Shown piece after piece: positions 49,050 to 62,816 of a stretch of DNA of 64,000 nt. The stretch is from Octopus vulgaris (taxonomy: Eukaryota), in the NCBI GenBank assembly GCA_951406725.2, contig OX597820.1:123008001-123072000 (forward strand), in the 5' to 3' direction. Position 1 is the first letter of the stretch. Every line of letters starts with the position of its first letter. The position numbers were made by a program, and so were the translations under genes. A model generated the notes under the pieces. It was given only the letters and a program-made list of their open reading frames with translations. It searched no databases and was not told the origin of the DNA.

Positions 49050-50945
49050 GTTGTTGTTTAGCAGGTGCTATGTGAGTAATACCGTACGGCATTCGGAGCC
49101 CGTCTGTACTGACCTCAAGCCTCTACAACATTTATTTCTTTGGAGTGGATTTCCTCTACAGACTAATCGAGTATCCCAAATGTTGGGATCAACATTGGTA
49201 CTGCAAATGCATTGTAGGATATTATTTTGCTGCACGAGGAGAGTTCTCACTACCATGTTTTCCTAAGTCTGTAATATTCTCAGGTCACTCTATCGTTATT
49301 TACAGTGTCTTTATATGATACATTTTCGTCTACGCCTAAGTACTTGTAATATCCTTTGTATGGAATGGGGGAGATAGAGAGAGATGTTGTTATTAATTCC
49401 AGTTGGGTTTTTTTTTTGCATTATTAACACTTTTAGCATAAATTTTCCGGTCGTCTACAAAGAAATTGAGTTACATTGATATTTCTAGCAGTTGAAGTTC
49501 CTAGCATAGAACCATTTATGTATGTATGTATGTATGTATGTATGTATGTATGTATGTATGTATGTATGTATGTATGTCATTGTTCGATTTTATTTCAAGG
49601 TTTCTTGCCAATAAAGAGCCGGTTTCTAACCTAGATCAAGGCTTATTCATTGGAGTCTCAACATCAACAACGGCGTTTGTTTGTATGTATATAGGTATTT
49701 ATGCATTTATGTATGTATGTAAATGTGCAGATTTGTATGCTTTGTTTTATGTATGTATTCTCATGCATATATTTGCATATCTAGACATGCTCATACATAT
49801 TTAAATAATAAACTTCTGGAAGCTTTTACAGATTTTTACCATTCCAGTGATGTACTGAATCTATAGTCTTCGAATTAGCTTTCTCCTTTCTGGTTTTGAA
49901 AAGCCTAATTTCTCAAGATTGGTATATAGACAGTGTGTTACATATCCCAGGGCCCCAATAATTGCAGTTATAAACCTGAACTTGTAATCTGGATAGAGTA
50001 ACTACAGATTTCTCAATAGTATGTATTCTCTTTTTCACTGATGTTTAGCTTTATTTTAGCATCCGCTGGGCAGCTAACTTCGACAACTGTACACAATTTC
50101 TCTGCTCTATCCCAAATCATTATACCAAGTCTATTGTGCTTACATTTTATTGAGGTCTTCACTGGGACATTCCATAAATACTCCCTTTTAATATGAGTGG
50201 CAATGGCTTCTACCATACTGTGGGTTCTTATTTCTTTGTCCTCGTAGTTATCCTTCCGACAGATTTCATTATAGAGTATCCTATAGAATCCTGTCTCATT
50301 GGTAGATAATACCATGATGACATTTTCAGACAACTACTTATGATGTGGGTGACATCTTCAATGTGAACCCCACAAAATCTGCATCGGTTGTCACACTTTA
50401 TGGCTTTACCTGCATTCTATCCCTTTTGTGCATCAGGTACTTGGTTGATATTTCCCCTTCAAAATGGGAGGTAGTAATCCGGTTATTGGTCCATGATAAA
50501 CTGCTTTGATGATCGATGTTACTATCATCACGGACCTTTCTACTAACATAACCATGCATAGTCAGCTGATGAAATGATGCGGTAGAGTCGTGCGACTTCT
50601 TTGGGCATGTATTCTAGGTTATCAGACAAAGAGCGTTGCTCAAGGAGCTGCCTTCCAAGTCTTACGATGTTATCAGCCTCATGTAGGCAAACGTGGCCAA
50701 GGGATGCACTTCGACAATTGATAGTTAAAAGATGTTGCCGATGGGATATGATACGCCATTGAAAGGCATTTTGAATCGATGTTAAGTCTATGCCGCCTTG
50801 TTTTCGTTTTAGGTAGAGGCGGTCTACGTCACTGTTGACGTGGAAATTGTGTGGGCTTGTCAGTATTTTTGGGGTTATCCCATCAATGGCTTGGATTTCA
50901 TCAAGCGTCCAATCAAGCCTTCCAACTGTCGGTATGAGAATTGGT
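49050..50945 (-). mobile_element. R4/Dong-like non-LTR relic pieces
   Basis: YKYLGVDEN, LYLKRKQGGI, CRFCGVHIEDVTHIISSC (CCHC) and KHNRLGIMIWDRAEKLCTVVEVSCP (RLE region); interrupted by microsatellite and other repeats at about 49500-49800. Confidence 0.8.
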
Positions 50946-51627
50946 TTGTATCTATGTATGTAGGTTAGGCTTCTTTACATGCACACATTTTAACACACAT
51001 GCTCGCGCATATTTAAGATCTAATTTGCGCAGTAAATCGAAGAAAGTTTTAGTAAGCACACCTTACTATTTATAATTAACAATTCTTTCACATTTGATGC
51101 TCTGACCTCGACTTAAACGACTTCATAAGGAATAAGGAAGCTAAAAAAATGACCCTAATTTTCTCATTGGCAATCATAGAGGTATCTTCGAAACCAAATT
51201 TCTTAATGCAAGGGCTATCTAGAATGGAGACGTTTTGTAAAAAAAAAATACGAGAAAAAGTCCTATATTGTGACAAAAACTATCAGGAAACGATTTCGAA
51301 ACCCAAATGAACGTTTAAAACTACCAAATACATCCCGGCGTTTAAAAATGCACAAACTCGGACAAGAACAGTGATTAAAGCAACTAACTAAAACAAAAAC
51401 AGAAATCATAAAATTAATTAAACAAAAAATTGAAGCAATATTCACGTAACGTCGGACAAAACTTGAAACTCTACAAAGTAAACATTTATAACATACCTCA
51501 AAGTGTTACTAAACTAATTAACAAGCTCACATAAAAGAATGCATCTCAACACATGAAAGAACATAAATTTAGAATCATATATGATACCCAGGCATCTGAA
51601 AATGGAAGACAGATTACTAAATTAACA

Positions 51628-52051
51628 GGATCTTTTCGGTTTGAACGGCGGTTTTTTCTAGCGGTGTCATATGAAATTGTCACCCATAATTATGACCCTA
51701 GTATCGATCTATTGCATTTCAAACTGTTTTAGGGTTAGGATTAGTTAGGGTTAGGGTTAGAGGGGGAGAGTATCTTTTTTTCTTCACAAATGTCAATAAA
51801 CCCAGTCTGTTTCTTAAATGAGGGACATATTCATACGGAAAGTTTTCACCTCAAATAGACGTCATTGATTGGTTGAAATTGCAGAAATTGAAGAAAAAAA
51901 AACAACAAATATCTTACAAACTATAGAATTTTCTCAATAAAGCCAAGAGAAAAAGATGTTTTATAAACACATTCTACCAGTATACAAAGTTAAAAATTTT
52001 TTAGTTACCTAGAAATTATGTTAAAACCTGCCGTTCAAACCGAAAAGATCC
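51628..52051. mobile_element. Second copy of the 8-bp-TSD MITE (opposite orientation)
   Basis: TIR GGATCTTTTCGGTTTGAACGGC; TSD AATTAACA (51620-51627 / 52052-52059); internal TTAGGG units. Confidence 0.92.
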
Positions 52052-52262
52052 AATTAACATTTTAAAACGCTTACAATTACATGTTGATAAGTCGTAATTC
52101 GAAACCAGCCAATCCAAAATTTATCTACACAACTGAGTAAAACTACGAGACATTAAACGTTTGAATTCCCACAATAAAATATTTATTCCACATCTTCCTT
52201 GTATTTAATCCTTCTATCTTAGCAATAGTAGCAATAAGTACTGCAGATTCACTATTGTATCA

Positions 52263-52300
<38 letters not shown>

Positions 52301-52363
52301 ATTTAATAAATAAAATATATGCATACATATATGTACGTAACTACATCTACATTTATATATACC

Positions 52364-52446
<83 letters not shown>

Positions 52447-52449
<3 letters not shown>

Positions 52450-52750
52450 TACAGGACACCACAAATAGACATAGAACTCAACGAGAAACGAAAACATGAA
52501 AACAAACATGGAAACGGACTTTTTTTTAACAACGAAAAAGCAGAGTACAAGACAAACTATACAAGGAATATTCCCCTTCATCAGCTGTCGCTGGTTCGAC
52601 TCCATGCGTGTTTCGAAGGTAAGGACAGAACACGACCCGTCGAAGCTGTCCTTCCTGCAAAAGAATTAAATAAAATTCCTTTGCAGAGGCGTAAAAACAA
52701 GGAAGGAAAAAAACGTGACAAGAACAGGACGTCAAAGCAATACATATAAA
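52447..52750 (-). repeat. Short interspersed repeat homologous to 2505-2690
   Basis: See 2505-2690; also contains AAGGACAG...CTGTCCTT and CTGCAAA...TTTGCAG hairpins. Confidence 0.6.
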
Positions 52751-53008
52751 ACTACAAATACAAAATAAATATATTTCTTGATATCGAGAGGAGACAGGTC
52801 TGTTAGTAGAAGAAGCGGAAATTAATAAGGTTGAAACGACGATACAGCCATAGCAAGTGGATGATCTCTCTTAGGTGATATCAATCGATACGCTCTAATA
52901 GCACTGTCTTAGGCAGCATCGTCGTCTACGGAGGCACGCGACTCGCCAATGAGAAATGCAATCCACCACCACCACTACCATCAACATCAACGACATATTA
53001 TGTATATA

Positions 53009-53058
<50 letters not shown>

Positions 53059-53069
53059 TATATATATGT

Positions 53070-53112
<43 letters not shown>

Positions 53113-53279
53113 TATACATACCACCATTACCACTACTAATACTACATTGGAGTAGACCATTCGGGTATCTTTTGACATTAGATATGAAATCAAATGAAAA
53201 CGATTAGTTCTTAAGCTTTGCTTTGTTGATTTATCAGTGGACAGTCAATGTCAGCATTCGAAATGTCAGCCTGCTTACC

Positions 53280-53319
<40 letters not shown>

Positions 53320-53376
53320 ATCTGTCTATCTATCTAGCTATCTCTGTTTCTCTATTTATGTCTATCTATCTATCTG

Positions 53377-53439
<63 letters not shown>

Positions 53440-53446
53440 CTCCATC

Positions 53447-53477
<31 letters not shown>

Positions 53478-53499
53478 GTATATTTATCTCTATCTATCC

Positions 53500-53562
<63 letters not shown>

Positions 53563-54105
53563 GAGCTAGCTAGCAATCTTGCTTTCTAACTACCTACCTA
53601 TGTATATATCTGTCTATTTTTCTATCAACCTATCAGTATGTCTATCTGTCTGCCTATCTACCTTTCAGTCTGTTGCCAACTTGTCTGCAAAACTATGGCT
53701 GTTGACTTGTCTGGTTGACCATCTATTTTCTTACTACCAACACATCTACCCGCATACCCATCTCTATATTCCACGATCTGTCATTTAGTCTGTGTGTCTG
53801 TCACTATAACTCTTTTAGTCTAGTTATGCGTCTCTAAACATGACACTAATTTCGAATCAATTTATTACCTACCTACCTACCTACCTAATTACCTACCTAC
53901 CTACCTACCTACCTACCTACCTACCTACCTACCTACCTACCTACCTACCTACCTACCTGCCTACCTACCTATCTACCTACCTACCTGCCTACCTACCTAT
54001 CTACCTACCTACCTGCCTACCTATCTACATACCAACCTATCCACCTACCTACCTAGAACATACGGTCTCTCTTTCTCAGTCTCTGTCTGTCTGTCTCTCT
54101 GTCTT

Positions 54106-54156
<51 letters not shown>

Positions 54157-54225
54157 TTGTGTGTGTGTGTAGATATAGAAAAATATATATATATAGATAG
54201 ATAGATATATATAGATATATAATAA

Positions 54226-54712
54226 AAAATTACTATTTGTAAATCTCTGAACGAGACATTCAGTAACAGTACTCTAGAGTAAAGATTAATTGCTAACATA
54301 ACGTGGCAGTCCTGGTTAGGACGAATGCTTCTGCTATTTAGACCCATCAACATCGTCTCCAGCTGGCTAGATGACGCACTGTCTATATCCTTATATTTTC
54401 AAACAAGGGAGTTTAGTATCCCCACTCAGCACAAAACAATACCTGTGTAACGCGATTTCTGGGTTATTTTTCTTCATCAGCACAGAACAATTGTTCGGGT
54501 ATAGGTAGAGCTGCTAAGTTTTTGTTCGAAGTATATAGTTTTCAAAGTAACACACAGTCACTGATCGAATAAAATAGAAAATTACTATTTGTAAGTTTGT
54601 CAACGAGAGACATTCAGTAACAGTACTCTAGAGTAAAGATTATTTGCCAACATAACGTGGCAGTCTCGATCAGGACGAATGGTACTGTTTTTTTAGTCCC
54701 AGGAAACATCAA
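54226..54712 (-). repeat. Partial tandem repeat (period about 352 bp) containing a hammerhead motif at 54443-54485
   Basis: 54226-54355 repeats at 54578-54712. Minus strand CUGUG-CUGAUGA-...-GAAA-UCGCG-UUA^CACAG with a perfect 5-bp stem I. Confidence 0.75.
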
Positions 54713-54787
54713 CTCTAATCGAAGTTCAAAACTCTTAAGCACTTCGAAGTGTATTCTATGTAGAGAATGCCTCTCTCTCTCCTCCCC

Positions 54788-54864
<77 letters not shown>

Positions 54865-54869
54865 GTGTT

Positions 54870-55650
54870 TTCGAAATTCTTTGATAGAGTTATGATATTT
54901 GGAGAGAAGATTTTTTTCTCAAAGAGTGAAGATTGAGAACAGAACCTTTTTAGAAAGTCGAAAGGCACTAACTTTTGGGAAGAGATTTCACAAAACGTGT
55001 GTAGGCTTTGCTTTTATAGATGTGCAAACACTTTCAGTTCTTAACGTTTTCAACCACGTTTTATTACAACTTCCACTATATATAATAACCTTAGTTAAGA
55101 GAGTTTATCAGGTCTTCCTATTACAGTTATGTAACGATCGTACATTTTGCTTTCATTTATGCAATATTTAGATATTTTCATCAACTTCTATTTGACACTG
55201 TAGGTAGAAGCGTTTTGTATAAATTTCCTAACATCTTTAGCTGATTTATTTCTATTCTTTTATCTAAGTTCCTTTAAGAACACATTAATTTTTAAAACTT
55301 TTTCTATAAATTTTGATTTAAACTTACCCTATGTCAAAAGCCTGTGTAGTGCTTTCGTATCGCATATAAGTTGGATTGTATAGAGGTGGACTTTGACTCA
55401 CATTTGACTCCTATGTGTTGCAGATTGTTTTTAAGGAGCCTGTATTTAGGTTTTTGGATGAGTATTGACCTTCGTCTATTTTGATTGTGTGCGATGTTAT
55501 ATTTGTCAAACTCATGATGTAACTGAAGCTAATTTTTAGGTTACAACTGTTAATGCGTTTGCAAGAGACAGCCCAACTCTATGAAAAGTTTCCTAAAACA
55601 AGTCCTAATACGCTCAACAACAATAGTAAAGCTGTCAGTAAAAAAATGTA
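54870..55650 (-). mobile_element. Very decayed Penelope-like 3' region
   Basis: ANALTV..LKISFSYIMSLTNI..HN resembles the PLE RT-EN linker; a degenerate HHR-like string lies on the plus strand at about 54921-54977. Confidence 0.4.
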
Positions 55651-55869
55651 GATATAACGACAAAGGTAGCCTATAGAAAGGGGAGGGCTAAAGGAAAGAA
55701 AAACTAAATAAATGAGGAATATATATAACTATATGTATATTAAATGAAACCATATATATCTAGTGAATGTGAAATGTAAGAAGAAAATTTATGCTTATAT
55801 TATATTAGGATAGATATCACTTATATAAACTAAAGGTTTGTTTCTTCGAGATATATATCATGACATGTC

Positions 55870-56500
55870 TTTCTACGTTCTAAGCAATAGAGTCTTAATC
55901 TAAGCAATAGAATCTTAATTTCTTGAGTCTTTCCCAGTAGCTTATATGCTGCATAGAGGCTATCTTCTTCGTGTAGCTTCGTTGGATTGCCTCAAGTTCT
56001 GAGATTAATTTGACACTGGTTGGTGACCATAGCTGAGAGCAATAGCCAAAGTGTCTTAGGACAAGTGTCTTCCAGAGGACCATCATGTTTTCCGGATCTC
56101 TTGTTCTAAAAGTTCTAAAATCTGTCCGGTCAGCCGCTTTCATTTCATTGCCAATTTAGCAACATACACATGGAAGGTTGCATCATTACTCATGTAAGTG
56201 CCCAGGTCTCGCACTGACTGTGCTTCTGGGATTGTAATCCCTCCAGGTCCAGTGTATTTAATAGGTATTGCATTTAGTTTTGCATTCTGATAGTAAAAGC
56301 CTTGAAACTTTTCAGCATTAAACTGCATGCTATTCTTTTCAGTCCACTTGTATATTTTGTCCAGCTCACATTGCAGGTGCATAGTGTCTTCAGGGTTCTG
56401 TATTACCTGTGAGACTTTTGAAGCATCTGCATAACTTGTGAATGTAGTTCTCTGTGTGGCTGAAGACCATTATGAACAGTAGTGGTCCCGAAAGAGTGTC
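55870..56500 (-). mobile_element. CR1-group LINE RT C-terminal fragment
   Basis: GPLLFI, LQCELDKIYKW...MQFNAEKF, VRDLG, LWKTLVLRHFGYCSQLWSP, LEAIQRSYTK, SYWERLKKL. Confidence 0.88.
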
Positions 56501-56509
56501 TATATATAA

Positions 56510-56560
<51 letters not shown>

Positions 56561-56667
56561 CGTATGTATCTTTATATATATATAAGTATATGTATATATG
56601 TGCATATATATGTATATATATGTGTGTGTATATGTCCATATATATAAATTATATACGTATATATACG

Positions 56668-56702
<35 letters not shown>

Positions 56703-57033
56703 CTGCATATATATGTGCATGCAAGTATGTATGTATGTATGTATGTATAAATGTATGCATGTTTGTATATATTTATGCATGTATGAACATACTTCCTACA
56801 ACACGTACATATCAATATCTGGAGAATGAAAGCAAGGAGCAGAGAGGAGTACCCAGCAAGGAGCAGAGAGGAGTACACTGCTCTGTGTGGGTGTGTCTCT
56901 GCTGTTAGCCACGCATTCATGGTGCTATCTATTTATACATCGGTAGATTCTTTCATTTACAAACATATATTTCTTTATCATTCAATATTCCGCATATAAA
57001 TTTCACATAGATACATGTATACACACACACACA

Positions 57034-57074
<41 letters not shown>

Positions 57075-57885
57075 ATGCATATAATTAAGGATATATAGTT
57101 AGCGTTGTATATTAAATTTATAGAAATTTTTCAAGATACTACTTACTCTGTGTTGTTCTCTGTGTTTCTCTGCATATATACTTACATGTCTATGTGTGCC
57201 AGATTGTATATATGTATGTGTACATATTTGCGGCTGTGTGTGTGTGTATGTGAGTGTTATGTAAGAAATCATGTATTTATATTTATTACTAATAATAAGC
57301 ATCGCATTACTTATTATTCTTTTCTTTTCATTTTTTTTTTTTTTGATAAGCTTCACTTAACGCTTCACAGTGTTTTCATGAAATGATGCCTCTTATGCGT
57401 TTGCCGATCGTATTCGCCTTAGAGCAATATTCCATTACAAAATTCTTTCATTTTCAGCACGGCATATATCCTTTGATGAAGAAAATCAATTGCAGAGATC
57501 AATTTATTTTCAACCTTATACATTCCGTTACTTTCCGAAAAGAAATATAAATATTCTTATGATATTTTCTAAAGGTTCAAATAGAAAGGGAATTCCAAAT
57601 TTGAAGATATTTTCTATTACCCTTTTCTCATATATGTCTTCCTATATTTCCTATTCTAGCATACATACATAGATCCAGCCACGGATTCATCCTTCCATCT
57701 AGTCATACGTACACTTGCGCACATGCATATTTATGATACATGCATACACGCACACAAACGCACACACACACATATATGCATGTGTGTATATATATATGTA
57801 CATACACACACACACACATACATACATATATATATATACATTTATATACATATATATGTATATATATATACATATATACATAAAC

Positions 57886-57917
<32 letters not shown>

Positions 57918-57976
57918 GTATACATGTACATATACATATATATACATATATATATTATATATATATATATACATAC

Positions 57977-58041
<65 letters not shown>

Positions 58042-58285
58042 ACTCCTTATTCGCATCGTCACCGAACCTGGAGCTTAACTATGGTCTATCTATAGCCCTT
58101 ACTCAGCATTACCTGACACCTTTGGGTCTTATTGACATCATTGCCTCTCATAACCTCTCTCTCTATATATATATATATACATGTATATATATATATATAT
58201 GTATGTATATATATATATATGTATATATATGTATAAATATATGTGTATATATATATGTATATATACATGTATATATATATGTATG

Positions 58286-58360
<75 letters not shown>

Positions 58361-58382
58361 ATATAGTCATATTCTTTGTCGG

Positions 58383-59660
58383 ACTCACCGACAAAGAATA
58401 TGACTATATGACCAATTTCAAAAGTTAAACAAGTCAATTCTACGGTATTCCCAAGATACACAAAAGTGAGTAAACAAGTAACGCATGGAAGATAGCCACA
58501 GACATAATAATCAAGGTCCCTACTCCTAATGACCTCAAATTGAGACCTATAATAGCAGGTCCCGCATGGGAAACCCATCGCCTCAGTAACATTTTAGATA
58601 CCTCTGAAAACCATTTCTTAAGCATGTCAAAAGCTATATAAGGGACGACCTGGATATTCTCAATCACCTTTCTGAAACAATAAACAAAAACACCCTACTA
58701 GTATCCTTCGATGTAGTCAACCACTATTCCAATATCCCCCAAAACCTAGGAATAGAGGCAATTCAATTCTGGCTTGAGAATTACGCCAACGAACTCCCAC
58801 ATCGCATCTAAAAAGAATTCGTGAAAGAAGGGTTAAAATTCATCTTGGAGAATAACTACTTCGTCTTTAAAGACAACTTCTATCGACAAAAAAAACGGGG
58901 ACTGCGAAGGGTACGAGAATGGCACCCTCCTTTGCTAACCTAGTCATGGGATATCTAAAAATTTGTCTTTATCGTAAAGTTCTAGAAAAATACGGAAACC
59001 CATTCTCCCTCTACATAGAAAATAACTGGAAGAGATACCTGGATGACTGTTTCATTCTTTGGCATGAAAATATAGAGAAACTTAAAGAATTCCAAGCACT
59101 TATAAATGGACTTGACATAAACATTCAATTCACGATGGAATATAGCCATCAACAACTTCCCTTCCTCGATATCATCGTTAAGAGATCTAACAACGTAATT
59201 GAAACAGTTATATACTATAAGCCCACGGACTCCAAGCAATATCTACCGTCCGACTCATGCCACCCCAGACACTCCAGAATGAATATCCCCTTCAACCTAG
59301 CAAAAAGGACATGTACTATAGTATCTAATGCAAACACCAGAGACACATGACTACATGAACTAAAGGATATACTCATTACCAGGAACTATCCACCTTCACT
59401 AATTGACATAGGCTTTCAACGTGCCCTTCAACTCAACATCCACGAATTCAAACATCCCAAATTAAAGAAGGATTTACAACCAAGAGCCCTACCATACATC
59501 TCTACACACAACCCTCTTAACAATGAAGCCTTCGACATCGTCCTTTAAAACCTTCCCCTGCTAAAGAAAAAGACCACAAAAATGAACTTAATCCTCCAAA
59601 CACACACCATCATAAAAAGCAAGAGACAACTCAAAGCTATGAAAAGTCTCCTAAATAGTC
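58383..59660 (+). mobile_element. Penelope-like element reverse transcriptase (pseudogenised, truncated at both ends)
   Basis: [91 protein letters not shown]; a few stops and frameshifts. Confidence 0.93.
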
Positions 59661-60554
59661 ATAAATATATGAAATAAAAGAAAATAAAAAGCAAAAATGG
59701 AGTGGAACAAGGATTGAAGAGCAAGATCAGGGATTGAAGGTAAAAATAGCGAAAATTAGAAAAAAGTACAAAGAAACGAGTCTAAATAAATTCTTTTTAA
59801 TCAAATTAGAAACCTTTAAATTGAATCATATTGAATAAATAGGGATGAAGAGAGATAACGTAATGGCGAAGAAAGCAAACTTTTGAAAGACAAAAATGTT
59901 GAGCGTAGAAAGATAATCACAGAAATGAATTGTAGAAAGATTTTCTTGAAGAGCAATTTGGAAACAATGGTAAAATGTAAAAAAATGAAAAGCTAGAGAA
60001 GCCGGTCTTGTCTGTAGTTACAGGATGAAAGAATGGACATGTTTTGCTAAAACAATAGTGATTTGTCTAAATGAGCATATCTCTCTCTCTCTCTCGCGCG
60101 CTCGCTCTCGCTCTGTCTCTCTCTCTCTCACACATGTCTATATATATATATATATAAATTCTCTGCCACAAGGCACATTCCTAACACACCAGCTGAGTTT
60201 AATTCGTCCTAGTCGAAAGACGCCTGTTTGTGACGTCCTGTTATTGTTATTATTATTATCATTATTGTTTTTCCGTATTATCTTTGTATTCATATTCGTG
60301 TAACATCGTCCGTTTCTCCGTCTTTGTTTTGTATACATTCGAAGCTTTCTTCCAAGGAATCTAATGCGCTTAGCTTAGCTTTTTCTTGGGGCTGGCCAGA
60401 TTGGAGCAATCTCAAAATTAATCAGCCGAAATTGCGGGGATGATTCGGTTCTTGACTGAAGATTGAAGGCTTCGAATGTCCCGTCCGTGTTTTTTGCATC
60501 GTCTTTTAAATGTTTTGCGTTCTTGTCGCAGTTTGTATTTTTATCATATATATA

Positions 60555-60936
60555 TCTCTCTCTATATAAACGGCAGTTTGTCTGTGCATGTTTCTGTGTG
60601 TCTGTTTTCTTGTACCCTCACCCTGACCACGGCTTTCAACCGATTCTGATGAAACTTGACACACACATAGCCCAATGTCATAATTCAAAACTAACGCAGC
60701 GAAAATTTTGAAAAGTTCCCCCAGTTCTGAAAAAAATCGATAAATTCGACATGGGGTCGAAATCAGAAACACAAACCGCAAACTGTCTAGGGGACGCAAC
60801 TCCACCTTTTTTAACTAAAAAAAAATTTACCATCATTTTTTTTCCATCTTTTTGCTATTTTTTGGCTATAACCCTCTAAAAATGCTTTATAGTTATTTCC
60901 CTTACAAACCCGAGCAACGCCGGGCGATACTGCTAG
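60555..60936 (+). mobile_element. Non-autonomous Helitron
   Basis: A|TC...CCCGAGCAACGCCGGG hairpin...CTAG|T. Confidence 0.85.
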
Positions 60937-60949
60937 TATATATATAAAA

Positions 60950-61295
60950 CGAATGTAACAATAAAATGCAGAGAGATTGTATTGGAAACACTCTATATCT
61001 AAAAGAAGACTTTTGAAAGAATATCACAGGAATGATCAACAAGTCCGTCTTCGGTAATTGCAGTAAGAGGTGACAACGCAATATGTGGATCAAGTATAGA
61101 TCGAGAAATTAGAAATTGGTTGAAAAAATAGGCATATAAATGAAAATAGAACACATCGAGAAAACAGCTTTACTTAGCAGTACAAGGAGTATCCACAAAG
61201 TCCTCAACACTTGAAAAGAACATATTGCCTTAGTTCAAAGGGAAATTAACAGCTGGTATATGAATGACTCCTTCAGTAAAAAGCTACTTTAGGAA
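60950..61295 (+). mobile_element. R4/Dong-like 3' end
   Basis: IEHIEKTALLSST...KVL C-terminus followed by a short AAT-rich tail. Confidence 0.55.
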
Positions 61296-62334
61296 TAATA
61301 AAATGATTATTATTACATTTTTTATAATCGATAAAAAATTATAAAAATAAAAATTATAGCCTTAATAATCACTAATAATAATTGTTATGACGTTGACAGA
61401 AAATAATATTTTTTATTGGTTGTAAAGGATTAAAAACATTTAAGGCAAGAGGCAATGAAAATTTACATAAGCAATAAAAGAATAATAACTTAAGTACCTA
61501 ATTCATCTGAATCTCAATTATTTTGCTTATATATATATATATTTATATATTTATATATTTGTGTGTGTGTGTGCGTATATATACATATGTATGTGCGTGT
61601 ATGTGCATGTATATATATATATATGTGATTTTTTAAATTATTTTTTACTAAGCAAACATGATTAACAGTAAGGGTGTATATATTGAATAATTACTTCTTA
61701 GAACACCTCTGATTAATTAATTCCGTCGAGGCAAATCTTTGTACTCGTCAGGTATCTATTAATTGCTGTTTAAATTGTAAAGGAGGCCAATGAATTCATT
61801 GTCTGTACCTGATGAAATGTAACGAAGACCGTAAACTTGTCCTTCGGTTCGATGAAAATATTCACCCCTTAATTTCAGTGGGTGTCGAATAGGGTTTCCT
61901 CAAGCTTTTCTTTATTCTTTCTACTTTATTTAAATTGCTACAGATTTGGCATGTTATTACATCATCACATCTAATTTTGATAATATAATTAGCAAAAAAG
62001 TGTTGTTGTTTACGTGATTAATAATAAACGAATAAGTACTTTTAGTAACACAATACTTTGTCGTATTATTTAAGCATATTCTTGGTGGCAAATTATTCGG
62101 ATAACCATTGGATTACGTTTAGCGAAAGTTGCTTCATCAGTGATTAATTTTTTGTCAGTGGCACCAAACCATATTCAGAGAAAATGCTTCGACAAGGAAG
62201 AAAATGGGAACGGACCAATTGTTCTATTCCCATGGGACAGGTCATTCCTCACACCCGCTGTCTTTAAATGTTTCGTGTATGACATTGTTAGTACGGGGTG
62301 GAGGCGAGATGGTTGTCTTGTCACCAACATGCTC

Positions 62335-62546
62335 TCGTAGCACGTGGTTCTAGAAATTCTGTGCGGGAACTGACGTCAGTTTCAAATTAATAAGACCATG
62401 TGACATGCGTTGACCAACAGCAACCCATTACCCAGAAGTTTTCTTGGACTCACCTTCGTTTGGTCCACGTGCTTGGAAGAGTTGGGGTCGCCTGACAGGT
62501 GACGTGGTCACAAAACTGTCAGTTGCATGGAGCTGAGTGAACTGTC

Positions 62547-62547
<1 letters not shown>
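62335..62547. promoter_or_regulatory. Candidate cis-regulatory module (E-box/CRE cluster)
   Basis: CACGTG at 62341 and 62466, palindromic AACTGACGTCAGTT at 62368-62381, CATGTGAC at 62397, TGACGTGG at 62500, three TGACAG/CTGTCA sites, in a locally GC-richer stretch. Confidence 0.3.
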
Positions 62548-62631
<84 letters not shown>

Positions 62632-62765
62632 TACATACGTATAGGGTATTTATTTAGACTTGTATATGCACAGATAGATCAAAAGATTAAGTAGACACAT
62701 ACATGCTACTTGCATACATAAGTAGATACATAGATACACAGGCACACACACACAATAAACATATA

Positions 62766-62816
<51 letters not shown>

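Noticed and set aside
56831-56878. 24-bp tandem duplication AGCAAGGAGCAGAGAGGAGTAC
   Set aside because: Only two units and no spacer; ordinary local duplication, not CRISPR-like.
61805-61870. CUGAUGA...GAAA-AUAU-UC hammerhead-like string
   Set aside because: Stem II is partial and stem III palindromic, but stem I does not pair, so it was not counted.
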